Part shown: in pieces, positions 10,318 to 19,356 of the stretch
Numbering within the stretch: the first letter of the stretch is position 1
How the letters are laid out: the number at the start of each line of letters is the position of its first letter
From: an uncultured Armatimonadetes bacterium
Lineage (GTDB): Bacteria; Armatimonadota; UBA5829; DTJY01
Assembly: GCA_963717145.1 (NCBI GenBank)
Contig: OY970325.1
Coordinates: forward strand, 4,800,001-4,864,000
DNA: 64,000 nucleotides
Direction: 5' to 3'
Program-made: the position numbers and the translations under genes
The notes under the pieces: generated by a model
Told to the model about the DNA's origin: nothing
The model's input: the letters and a program-made list of their open reading frames with translations, nothing else
Databases searched by the model: none

Positions 10318-11976
10318 TCAGGGCCTCGGGGTATCCTTCAGTTCGCCGGGCATGTATTCGTAGAACGTCGTCCCATCCGGCCCGCCCATGAGACCGCCCT
10401 GGCCCGCTCCTGTGACGACACATTCCTTACCATCACGAATGGGATCGGCGTAGCGCTCGAACCACCCGTCGAGCCGCCGACGCATCTCGCCGACGATCGA
10501 TCTGCACGCCGCATCGGAGATCATGTTCGTCTGCTCAACTGGATCGTCCGTGAGGTAGTACAACTCGTCCGGGCCGTCGGGGTAGCGGCGCACGTACTTC
10601 CACTCCTTCGTCCGCACCATCCGCACCGGGCCGTACTCGTCGATGACCACGACGTGCTCCCGACCCTGGCACGATTCGCCCATCAGCAGCGGGACGAAGC
10701 TCCGACCCGGGAGCGTCTCGGCCTGCGGGTTCTCGATCCCCACGTAGTCGAGCAGCGTCGGCATGAAGTCGTACTGGCTGAGCAGTTCGGAGCAGACGAT
10801 CCCCTCGGGAATCCGGCCGGGCTGCGAGATGATGCACGGTACCTTCACCGACTCCTCGAACATGTTCAGAGGCCGCGTGCCGTTCCCCTTGCCGTAGACT
10901 CCGTGATGGCTCATGCACATTCCGTTGTCGCTCATGAAGACGACGAGCGTTTCCTCGCGCAGGTTGTGTGCATCGAGCCAATCGAGCAGGCGGCCGATGT
11001 TCGCATCCATCGCCGTCACCGCCGCATAGTATCCGCTGAGCATGGTCCGCCTCTTCTCCGGGGTATCGGCGAACCTCTGGACCTTGCGCACCCATTCCGG
11101 CGGGGTGACCATGTTCGGCACGGAGTCGAACGGGCAGTTCTCGAAGTAGTCGTCGTAAATCTCGATGGGGTGATTCCCCCTATCCCACGGCGAGTGAGGC
11201 GAAGTGTAGTGCACGCTCAGGTAGAACGGCGTGCCACCATGTTGGGGATGGCGCCCACGATGTTGGGGATGGAGTTGGACTCCATCCCCCGCGCTCCTGA
11301 TGTTGACAGCCGGACCCACGATGTTGGGGTCGGAGTTGGACTCCGACCCCACACCACTGAGTGTTGCGGGGTCGGAGTCCAACTCCGACCCCAACATCGT
11401 GGGTGCCATCCCCAACGTCGTGGGTGGTGCTGCCCACTCATCCAGAAACACCAGCGCAGTATCCGTGATCGCGTCCGTCACGTAGCGGGGCTCCTCGTAC
11501 GTCTCGCCGTTGTGTACCATCGGCGCATTATAGTATGGCCCTCCGCCCTTTGCATGAACCTCCCAGAACGAGAATCCTTTCTGCGGATGATGGCAGTCGC
11601 CGAGATGCCACTTCCCGCTGATCCCGCACGTGTATCCCGCGGCCGCGAGGTGATCGGTGTATCCGGGCATGCCCGCGAGGTATTCGATCAGCCGCCCGCC
11701 GCCTTCCTTCTCGTACTTCTCGATGGTATCGCCGGTCCGAAGCCAGTCGTGGACACCGTGCGCGGACGGGATTCGGCCCGTCATGATCGACGCACGTGCG
11801 GGAGAGCACACGGGTGACGCGCAGAAGAAGCTGTCGAAGCGCACCCCGGTGTTCGCCAGGCGGTCGAGGTTCGGCGTGCGGATCTCGGTGTTCCCCGCGC
11901 ATCCCATCGCCCACGGCCCCTGGTCGTCGCTCAATATGAAAAGTATGTTCGGCTGTCTCACTTCTGCGGGTTTCAT
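10318..11976 (-). CDS. Sulfatase (Cys-type) with a ~65-aa in-frame palindromic insertion
   Basis: PNILFILSDDQG, CSPARAS, GKWHLG, SDNG motifs; insertion lies before PFYLSVHYTSPH. Confidence 0.92.
   Translation of the reverse strand: MKPAEVRQPNILFILSDDQGPWAMGCAGNTEIRTPNLDRLANTGVRFDSFFCASPVCSPARASIMTGRIPSAHGVHDWLRTGDTIEKYEKEGGGRLIEYLAGMPGYTDHLAAAGYTCGISGKWHLGDCHHPQKGFSFWEVHAKGGGPYYNAPMVHNGETYEEPRYVTDAITDTALVFLDEWAAPPTTLGMAPTMLGSELDSDPATLSGVGSESNSDPNIVGPAVNIRSAGDGVQLHPQHRGRHPQHGGTPFYLSVHYTSPHSPWDRGNHPIEIYDDYFENCPFDSVPNMVTPPEWVRKVQRFADTPEKRRTMLSGYYAAVTAMDANIGRLLDWLDAHNLREETLVVFMSDNGMCMSHHGVYGKGNGTRPLNMFEESVKVPCIISQPGRIPEGIVCSELLSQYDFMPTLLDYVGIENPQAETLPGRSFVPLLMGESCQGREHVVVIDEYGPVRMVRTKEWKYVRRYPDGPDELYYLTDDPVEQTNMISDAACRSIVGEMRRRLDGWFERYADPIRDGKECVVTGAGQGGLMGGPDGTTFYEYMPGELKDTPRP
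11234..11427. repeat. Nested REP-like palindrome inside the sulfatase CDS
   Basis: Perfect 36-bp inverted repeat 11315-11350/11368-11403; each arm is itself a GGGGTCGGAGT-nnn-ACTCCGACCCC hairpin; further degenerate outer arms. Confidence 0.9.
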
Positions 11977-12005
11977 GCTTGCTCCCCCCTTACTCACTCC
12001 ACCGG

Positions 12006-12076
12006 CTGTCATTCTGAGCCCGGCGAAGAATCTGGCTATGCACGGGCCAGATTCTTCGCCGGGCTCAGAATGACAG
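12006..12076. repeat. Perfect intergenic hairpin (GTCATTCTGAG...GAAGAATCT type)
   Basis: 31-bp arms ctgtcattctgagcccggcgaagaatctggc with a 9-nt loop. Confidence 0.9.
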
Positions 12077-12085
12077 ATGTTTGAC

Positions 12086-13972
12086 TCATTTCTGCGGTTT
12101 CAGGACTATACCCACGAGCGCGTAGTTGTCTATCCTGCTGATCTTGACGCGCAGGCGGCCGCCGATGCTCTCAGTGCTGAATGACATCTCCGCGGAGGGG
12201 AAGTCCGGACTCCACACGGAAACCTCATCGGCGCGATAGCCCCTTGGTATCTCGTACTCCACCGAAACCGCGCGATCCTTCAGGGCATCGACATCCCCGA
12301 AGCGGATGAGATGGATCGAGCGCCTGTCACCCTTGCCCCTGATCGCGCTCTCAATGTGCGACGCGGATTCGATCTTGAGTTGCGAGACCAGACCAACGGC
12401 CTCGCAGGCCGAACGGAACTCATCCGACGTGCTGGGAGCAAATGCGATCACGCCTTTGCCCATCGTCTGATCGCCGGCCCAGAGCGCCGAGAGCGACGTT
12501 TCGCGGTTGATGATCTCCTGCCCCGATGAGAAGCAGTCGCCCATCTCGCCGATGATGAGGAGCTTGCCACCTTCGCGGACGTACTTCTCGATGGCGACGG
12601 CATCCTCGTCATCGACGAGAGAAAGCTCCGGGACGACGACGATCTTGTAGCGGCTGAGTCGGCTGCTAAGTCCCCTCTCGACGATCAGGCAGTCCGCGGG
12701 GACTCCCATCTTCGCAAGGACGGACGCGGCGCGCTGATAGTGATCTCTCTTGGGGTCGAACTCGACTTTGGATTCCGCCACGAGGTCGCCTTGCATGAAC
12801 GCCTGGTCGCGCCAGGAGTAGAGCACGGCGACTTCGGCCTCCGACTTCGCGCCGTCGTACCATTCCCAGTGCGACCGGAAGAAGTCGCAGTATGCCTTAC
12901 TGATATCGTTCCCGGTGACGGCGTAGAATGTGCCGCCACCCGACCATGCTTCGGCGAGAGCGACGCGATACCGATAGTCGGGCTTCATCTGCTCGGCATA
13001 GTTGATCAGCCCGATCATCTTCGCCCCGTTCGCGGCCTCGCAACTGCTGTAGAGATAGAGCGAAGAGTCGTCGCCGAGTTTCAGATGCCACAGCTCGGTG
13101 GATGGATACCCTAACGCGCCGTGCAGGGCTTCGTATGTGAAGTCGGGAGTCCCGCCGCCGTGGTTCATAATGATGATGAAGCCGGGATGTGCCTTGCGCA
13201 CGTCGGCCTCGATGGCCTTCACGAAGTCGACGAAGTTCTGAAGCCGCCAGGTCTTGAACGCTCTATCGACCGGTCGCTTGAAGTCCAGCTTGCCGGAATC
13301 GAGACCCGGCATCGGCTGGGGCTCGCCGAAGAGGGACTTACTGTACGTGCTCCATGCCGAGTTGCAGTAACGGCAGCAGCAGAGGTAACCGGGGTCGATC
13401 GCGTAGGGATAGACGTCGAACTGCAGGCCGTCGAACCCGGCATCGGCGGTCACTCGCGCGACTTGCTTCTGCAGCTTGACCCACTTCGGGTTCCTGACGC
13501 AGGAAACCCCCGCGCCGGCCTTGTCCCACATCGTGTTGATGACGCGCGCGCCTTTGCGGTCGATGGCATAGAGATCGTCGGCGGCGATCCCCTCCGGCTC
13601 GAGCATATCGGGGTGGAACATGATGGCATCGGCGTAACCGATCACCTTGATCTTATGTTTGTGGCTGGTGTCGAGTTCGGGCTTCGTGTTGAGGAGCGTC
13701 TTGGCGAGGAGCTTCGGACCCGTCATGCCGACCGCATGCCAACGCTCGCCGCTCTCCGTCAGCGGCCTGTATGCCACACAGACCAGGGTCGCACGCAGAT
13801 CGATCAGCGGCTCGGGATTCCAATGTCTGGTCGTCCCGTCGGCCCTTTTCGAGTCGCCCCACTGAAGAGTGGGTATCTCCATCGAGTCCGCGCCCGCCGG
13901 CCGCCCCGCCGCCAGAGAGCAGACGAGCATTCCCGTCGCGGCAAGAATCAACAATGACATGGCCCGCTCCAT
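12086..13972 (-). CDS. Secreted putative glycoside hydrolase (TIM barrel plus beta-galactosidase trimerisation-like domain)
   Basis: Signal peptide; GFDGLQFD; CCCRYC; AEVAVLYS; YVREGGKLLIIG. Confidence 0.6.
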   Translation of the reverse strand: MERAMSLLILAATGMLVCSLAAGRPAGADSMEIPTLQWGDSKRADGTTRHWNPEPLIDLRATLVCVAYRPLTESGERWHAVGMTGPKLLAKTLLNTKPELDTSHKHKIKVIGYADAIMFHPDMLEPEGIAADDLYAIDRKGARVINTMWDKAGAGVSCVRNPKWVKLQKQVARVTADAGFDGLQFDVYPYAIDPGYLCCCRYCNSAWSTYSKSLFGEPQPMPGLDSGKLDFKRPVDRAFKTWRLQNFVDFVKAIEADVRKAHPGFIIIMNHGGGTPDFTYEALHGALGYPSTELWHLKLGDDSSLYLYSSCEAANGAKMIGLINYAEQMKPDYRYRVALAEAWSGGGTFYAVTGNDISKAYCDFFRSHWEWYDGAKSEAEVAVLYSWRDQAFMQGDLVAESKVEFDPKRDHYQRAASVLAKMGVPADCLIVERGLSSRLSRYKIVVVPELSLVDDEDAVAIEKYVREGGKLLIIGEMGDCFSSGQEIINRETSLSALWAGDQTMGKGVIAFAPSTSDEFRSACEAVGLVSQLKIESASHIESAIRGKGDRRSIHLIRFGDVDALKDRAVSVEYEIPRGYRADEVSVWSPDFPSAEMSFSTESIGGRLRVKISRIDNYALVGIVLKPQK

Positions 13973-14025
13973 CCCGTGTACTCCCTCTTCGACAGCGCTC
14001 ATCGCTCGATCCACTGACCCAGGGA

Positions 14026-14054
14026 AGGATACCATCGCGCCCCCGAGGTGTCAA
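14026..14054 (-). promoter_or_regulatory. Sigma70-type promoter for the glycoside hydrolase gene
   Basis: TTGACA-17 nt-TATCCT with TG extension; the -35 box overlaps the stop codon of the upstream gene. Confidence 0.6.
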
Positions 14055-16033
14055 GGAATGTCACTGGAGTCCGCCACCCCCTCCGTGCTATCATCCAGAC
14101 TCAGAACGCGAATCTCCGGGGTGTCACCATCTGCAAAGATGAACTGAGCCATCTGCGCCAAATCGCTCATGTGCTGGGCCGTCTGGGAGGCAGATTCTGC
14201 CGTCCACCCCTGTGTCTCCACTAGTTTCATCTCTACCTGGTGCTCGATTGAGTTCCCATGAAGTCGATAGGCCTCATAGAACATGCTCTCGAAGATGAGA
14301 GCTCCCGGGAACGCGAGACCCCTGAACACATCGGTGAAAACCGCCAAGATGGCGTTTGCCCACGCCTCGATATCCCAGTCCTGAGCTATCGCAGTCGCCA
14401 ACCACTCCACGTGGGAGGCACCTTCTGTATCCGCAGGTTGCGAGCCCGCAAAGTTGAACCAGGAGAAGCCGCACAAAGGGTCAGCGCGCAGTGCCTCCCC
14501 GGTGACCGCTCGACGCTCTGCCCTGCTAAGCCCTTCCGCACTGCCTGTGATCTCCCGTGCAGCAGGTGGATTGCGGCTAACCACGTCCCCAAACCTATCT
14601 GTAACAAGAGTAGCAAAGAAGTGCTTGAGTACGAAATGGGCGATTGGTAGGTCAGATTGCTCCAGGCAGATCTCCAGTTCGGACACTGCCTCTGCAAAGC
14701 GTCCTTGATGCAGAAGAACATCCCCGAGTAGGCCATGCGCCAGTGGCTGTTTGACCTCAAGCTCAATCGATCTGCGGTAGGCAGCTTCCGACCATCTGAG
14801 CTTGCCTATCCCAAAGAGACACCCCGCTGCCTCGCGCCACCAATACGGGCGGTGAAGGTAGGTAGGATCGGCAGTCGCAGCACTACGATACGCCGATATG
14901 GCTCGCCGGGGCTCGCCAGAAGCCCGCAAGCCGTTGCCCAGGTTGTAGAACGCAACGGCTTTCTCCGAATGCGAGCGCGCATTCTCAGCTATGAGTTCCC
15001 TTGCGCGGTTCGCGCGTGCTGCGTGAAGATCATGGCTGAGACCGGCATACATTGTACTCATGAGAACCCAAGTGGCTTCATGGGCGCACCCCTGATGTGC
15101 AAGGTCCTCGGCAAGAGAGATAGCATCGCCTATTGCGCCCGCTGAGGAATAGATCTTGGGCGACCACGTATGATTGAGTAGGGAGATCAGATTGTCGGGA
15201 ACGGCTTCGAGATCGGAGAACATGTTGCCGATGATGTCAATGGATGCGGTTGCGCAGCCCGCTTCCGCAAGTATTAACGCTACCCCGAATTGCGCCAAGA
15301 ACAGCACCTCCTCTTGATCAGGCCGCCCGGGGTTCTGAATGAGGAATCCATCTAGACCACGCTCAGCGCAGGCGATAACGACGCCCGGGGGCTCATCTGT
15401 GAATAGCAACGTGCCGTCCACGGCGCTCGACCCAGTGTAGGTCACGTGCTTGGATGAGCGGCTGTAGCACAACCGGTCCAGAATGGTCTGTTTGAACACA
15501 TCCCCCCATGTTGGGGTGTCGAATTTCAGCTGAATGGAGAACCTGTCTCTGTCAGGACGGAACTGCCCCATCCTATAGCATTGATGACGAACATCTCTCA
15601 GCAGGATCGATGCGTCAACCAGATCAAGGCGTTGAGCTAGTCGGACGGATACTGACTCCTGAGTATGCCAGCGTTTTGTCTGCTCCTCATCCAGATTGCC
15701 GTATACAACGTGTGTCCATTCATAAAAGAGCCGTTTCCCTTGGGCATCATACAGGACGAGCATCGTTGGGAAAGGGCATGACAGATAGTGAAGTAGTCGA
15801 GATGTCTTGAAGCGATACGTGGGCGCTTGGGTATCTGGGCTGATCTTGTCTGAACCCTTCACCTGGGCGAAGAAGAAGAATGGTGTGGCTTGGCCGTCTT
15901 TAAACGCCTGAACCTGGAAATCAAAGCCGTAGTCCGGCGTTTGATCTCTCGGCACCCATTCGGCGGGGATTGCAGCGCGGAATGCCCGCCTCGATTCGTC
16001 CTCCAGAACGTGCGCTCGTGGTCTTCTGGGCAT
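14051..16033 (-). CDS. DUF4365 (PD-(D/E)XK nuclease-like) domain plus TPR protein
   Basis: PDYGFDFQVQ...FFFAQVKGS motif; TPR helices such as AFYNLGNGLR and AHGLLGDVLLHQGRFAEA. Confidence 0.75.
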   Translation of the reverse strand: MPRRPRAHVLEDESRRAFRAAIPAEWVPRDQTPDYGFDFQVQAFKDGQATPFFFFAQVKGSDKISPDTQAPTYRFKTSRLLHYLSCPFPTMLVLYDAQGKRLFYEWTHVVYGNLDEEQTKRWHTQESVSVRLAQRLDLVDASILLRDVRHQCYRMGQFRPDRDRFSIQLKFDTPTWGDVFKQTILDRLCYSRSSKHVTYTGSSAVDGTLLFTDEPPGVVIACAERGLDGFLIQNPGRPDQEEVLFLAQFGVALILAEAGCATASIDIIGNMFSDLEAVPDNLISLLNHTWSPKIYSSAGAIGDAISLAEDLAHQGCAHEATWVLMSTMYAGLSHDLHAARANRARELIAENARSHSEKAVAFYNLGNGLRASGEPRRAISAYRSAATADPTYLHRPYWWREAAGCLFGIGKLRWSEAAYRRSIELEVKQPLAHGLLGDVLLHQGRFAEAVSELEICLEQSDLPIAHFVLKHFFATLVTDRFGDVVSRNPPAAREITGSAEGLSRAERRAVTGEALRADPLCGFSWFNFAGSQPADTEGASHVEWLATAIAQDWDIEAWANAILAVFTDVFRGLAFPGALIFESMFYEAYRLHGNSIEHQVEMKLVETQGWTAESASQTAQHMSDLAQMAQFIFADGDTPEIRVLSLDDSTEGVADSSDIP

Positions 16034-16234
16034 GATTCCCTCCAAGGCGCTTCCGCTAGTGGCGCAATCATCAAACGGATCAGGTCTTGTGATTCCATAG
16101 CGAGAGGCACGGCCTCAGCAAATGCGATGAGTCATGAGTAAGTATAGACGCATTGACCATGCTTTTCAAGCATGTCAAGTCATATCATAGCCCAGAGGCG
16201 CCCGAACCGCTGCCAGAACCAAGACTCCCACTGG

Positions 16235-16273
16235 ACCCACAAACACCCCGGGAGTTTTCACCCCCAGGGTGTT
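16235..16273. repeat. 39-bp hairpin element, copy 1
   Basis: acccacaaacaccccgggagttttcacccccagggtgtt; 36/39 identical to 17599-17637. Confidence 0.85.
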
Positions 16274-16392
16274 TGCAGGTACCTCACCTCGACACTCAGT
16301 TAGCTCAGTTGCGGTGACACCAGCCGCATCCTGAACCAGGCCGATGCAGTAAGCTGTTGTTGTCGCCATATCCCAAGACCCTGGGGCTCGCC

Positions 16393-17400
16393 TCACTCCA
16401 CTTTTTCGTCATCAGCGCTCTGCCCCTCGTCTATCTTGGGGGTATGGTAAAGCCGACAACACATTCTGACGCTTCCACGCGGCTCTGGAGTCCCAGGTTT
16501 CCAGATCTGCTGACATTCGCGACCAAAAGACCTCATCCAGGCGGAGTCTGTCCCAGGGCTCTGACAAAGCATCACCGAGTCGTCTCGCACCTTTCGGTCG
16601 ATTCGCGGCTCTATCAATGACATCGCATATGCCCCGGTGGCTCCAGATGTTTCCCAATCTGTCACCTGTATTCCCTCCAGCATATCAGGAAGCTCGGCAT
16701 AGTCCACAGGCCTGATGTCCATTCTCTTGCAGATAATGTCCTTATCGCTAGCTCCCAAGATCTTGGACATCTCAGCCCGAAATACCGAGAGAACATACGA
16801 GATCGCTCTGTCAGAGATGCAAGCCGCGTTCCCCGCTGTTCCTCGCAACTGATTGCCGAGTTGTGCACTCTCGACCTCTATCTCCTTGTCTTGGAACATA
16901 AGGACATCCCGCTGAAGTGCATCTAGGAGGTACCTGGACGTCATGAGATCCGTTTGCTTCAGCGCCAGGATCGCGTTTGTGAACAGCTCCTGAACCCTTG
17001 GATCATACCCATACAAATCGGCATACGCTATCTCTATCTGTTCCTGCAGGATCCGCATAGAACACTCCGTGTGCACTTTCACCAACTCGCGCCAAAGAAA
17101 GTCACGGACTGGAATAACCGCCCGCTTCTCGATAAGCATGATATCCGCATCCGTGATCACTGGCTCGATGTCATCAAAGAACCTGAGGTTTAGTTCCTTC
17201 CACCGTTCTAGCTTTGCCACTACCATACCGGCAGTACGGCGGACACGATCGGCGTATTCCTTCCTTCTCAGTTGTCTATCCTTGTACCAACTTCCCGCAA
17301 TGGCTGCCGTCGAGACGATTACAGATGATGCGGTTGCTATGTGCCCGACACTGATCGTCTTATCGATGATGAAGTCCACGCCAATCACCTCTCCAACCAA
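16393..17400 (-). CDS. Hypothetical protein with an N-terminal hydrophobic segment (start uncertain)
   Basis: 335-aa ORF in visibly AT-richer DNA; no motif recognised. Confidence 0.65.
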   Translation of the reverse strand: MVGEVIGVDFIIDKTISVGHIATASSVIVSTAAIAGSWYKDRQLRRKEYADRVRRTAGMVVAKLERWKELNLRFFDDIEPVITDADIMLIEKRAVIPVRDFLWRELVKVHTECSMRILQEQIEIAYADLYGYDPRVQELFTNAILALKQTDLMTSRYLLDALQRDVLMFQDKEIEVESAQLGNQLRGTAGNAACISDRAISYVLSVFRAEMSKILGASDKDIICKRMDIRPVDYAELPDMLEGIQVTDWETSGATGAYAMSLIEPRIDRKVRDDSVMLCQSPGTDSAWMRSFGRECQQIWKPGTPEPRGSVRMCCRLYHTPKIDEGQSADDEKVE

Positions 17401-17598
17401 TCATACGTACCAGCAATCCATCTTGTATCACTCTGGATACCTTTCCAGACCAGAAAGCGGATATCCACTCTATAGCACTATATGAAACTTGGCGCACTGT
17501 GTCAACCTCGTGTGAGGGAGAGGCTCTTGCGAAACTCCACGGAGCAGGCAGTGGGCCAGGCGGACGGAACACCGACAGCATTTAACGCCCTCTCCCAA

Positions 17599-17637
17599 AC
17601 CCACAAACACCCCGGAGGTTTTCACCCCCGGGGTGTT
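17599..17637. repeat. 39-bp hairpin element, copy 2
   Basis: acccacaaacaccccggaggttttcacccccggggtgtt. Confidence 0.85.
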
Positions 17638-17841
17638 CGGTGGTAGATCAACTGCATGTTTCTTTGGTCCCTTTACGGGGGTACTGCTCCCCGCCGCGCG
17701 GGCTACATCTCCGGTGTCCGGCATCCGGTATCCTGCTGATCCTGCACTGCTTCCGGTGACCGGTATCCGACCTCACCCCGCCGACGGAGAATGCGGCGCG
17801 CGATGCATACTCCGCATTCCGCATTCCCAATTCGTCATTCC

Positions 17842-18507
17842 CTACGCGGCGATCGTCGCCTGGAAGACGTCCGACCAGGAGCCGGCCTCGCCTTTCTGGT
17901 TGACCCAGCGCAGACGGTAGTACGCCATCTTGCCGGCGTCTCCCTCCGCGTGGTTCACCACGGCGGGCGTGCGACCCGCGGTCTTGGAGTAGGTCATGTC
18001 GCTCGGCCCGGAAGGGGCTTCGCCGACCTTGACCCAGATCTCGCAACCGCGGATGCCGGCGGGCTTCGCCTTGCTGACGCCCGCGTCCTCTTCGTTCTCG
18101 AAGCTGACGATGTGCTTCAGCGGCTGGCCTCCGTTCGCGCGACCTGTCGGCCTGAGCGTCGGCGGCATCTCCGCCGGGACGTATGCGCTGCCACGGACGG
18201 TGATGCGCATCCCCGTGCGATCGGTGTCCGTGACGAGCGGACCGGCCTGCAGCCGATTGACGAGCGCGCGGATCTGCTGCTCGAGATCCGTCCGCTGCGT
18301 ATCCTTCGTGACTGTCGCGCCCTGGGCCTGCGCTTTCCACATGATCTGCTTGTTCAGCGCATCCTTCCAGAGCGGGGTCGCGGTCGAGATGGGGGTGAGG
18401 TCTGCATCGGTGAAGCCCATCGCCTCCATCCTCGGCGTCGCGTAGGTCAGGAAGTTATCGACCCACTCGTCGAAGTTCGCATCTTTGGTTGGCAAATAAC
18501 TTGCCAT
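17842..18507 (-). CDS. Uncharacterised 221-aa protein: helical N-domain plus C-terminal FN3-like beta domain
   Basis: Strong RBS GGAGAGGAGGT; YLPTKDANFDEW, KPAGIRGCEIW and YYRLRWVNQKGEAGSWS. Confidence 0.8.
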   Translation of the reverse strand: MASYLPTKDANFDEWVDNFLTYATPRMEAMGFTDADLTPISTATPLWKDALNKQIMWKAQAQGATVTKDTQRTDLEQQIRALVNRLQAGPLVTDTDRTGMRITVRGSAYVPAEMPPTLRPTGRANGGQPLKHIVSFENEEDAGVSKAKPAGIRGCEIWVKVGEAPSGPSDMTYSKTAGRTPAVVNHAEGDAGKMAYYRLRWVNQKGEAGSWSDVFQATIAA

Positions 18508-18617
18508 TCTTATCACCTCCTCTCCTGCAATCGTTATCTCCATTATCGGCCAACTTATGGTAGAACCACAGAGTTTCCGGCAGTCGCTTTTATAGAAAAA
18601 TGACTTGGAGTTTGGTA

Positions 18618-18800
18618 TGGCAGAAAGAATCATTCTTTCCGCAGTAGGAACGGCGGATCCTTTCGAGGGAATCATTCGTTCCTTGGAGGCAATGGCGGAT
18701 CCTGTGGAGGGAATCATTCCCCCCGCAGAGGGAACGGCGGATCCTTTCGAGGGAATCACTCATTCCGCAGAGGGAATGGCGGATCCTGCGGAGGGAATCG
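18618..18800. repeat. Tandem array with 42-bp period (two related 21-bp halves), ~4.3 units
   Basis: GGCGGATCC recurs every 42 nt; both halves end in GAGGGAAT-like sequence. Confidence 0.9.
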
Positions 18801-18829
18801 CTCCCACATCAGGCGGAGGGAAGGGTGTG

Positions 18830-19223
18830 GGGGGCGACCAGAGTCGCGGGAACGGCGCCAGAGCGCCTCAGGGGTGTTCGGTGTTGGGTGTTAGGGGCCG
18901 GGAACAGGATCCGTCAGCCCTGAGTGTGCCGGTGAATGACGGCATGTATCGAAGGGCGGCCGGGATCGTGGAACCACGGAGGCACGGAGGACACAGAGAA
19001 GACGGAAGAGGAAACCCGTCAGCCCTGAGTGTGCCGGTGAATGACGGCATGTATCGAAGGGCGGTGGCAGATAGCCCAACCTTTGTGCAGGTCCCACCGT
19101 CCTTCGATACACGCCCAGAGGCGCACTCAGGACTAGCGGGCACTGGGAGGTGGGAGAAAGAAAGCGAGTGTCAGGTGTTGGGGGCGACCAGAGTCGCGGG
19201 AACGGCGTCAGAGCGCCTCAGGG
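18830..19223. repeat. 44-bp direct repeats (18830-18873, 19180-19223) enclosing fragments of hairpin family B
   Basis: gggggcgaccagagtcgcgggaacggcgYcagagcgcctcaggg twice; identical 49-bp arms at 18911-18959 and 19016-19064; degenerate inverted arm at 19097-19139. Confidence 0.88.
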
Positions 19224-19356
19224 ATGTCAGGGGCGGAATCCGGCTCGTACGCGTACTCCTAATCGTAATCGTACTCGGCTTTTCCGCCGTTCGATGTTGG
19301 ACGTTCGATGTTCGATGTTCGCTCCCCGTCCCTCCTCACTCCTCGCCCCTCTCTCC

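Noticed and set aside
11234-11427. Intein or self-splicing intron in the sulfatase
   Set aside because: No Cys/Ser...His-Asn intein ends, too short, and fully explained by palindromic repeats.
16235-17637. Integron attC sites or gene cassette
   Set aside because: The 39-bp hairpins are too short, lack proper RYYYAAC/GTTRRRY boxes, and no integrase is present.
18618-18800. CRISPR array
   Set aside because: The inter-repeat segments resemble each other and the repeat, the period is a strict 21/42 bp, and no cas genes are present.
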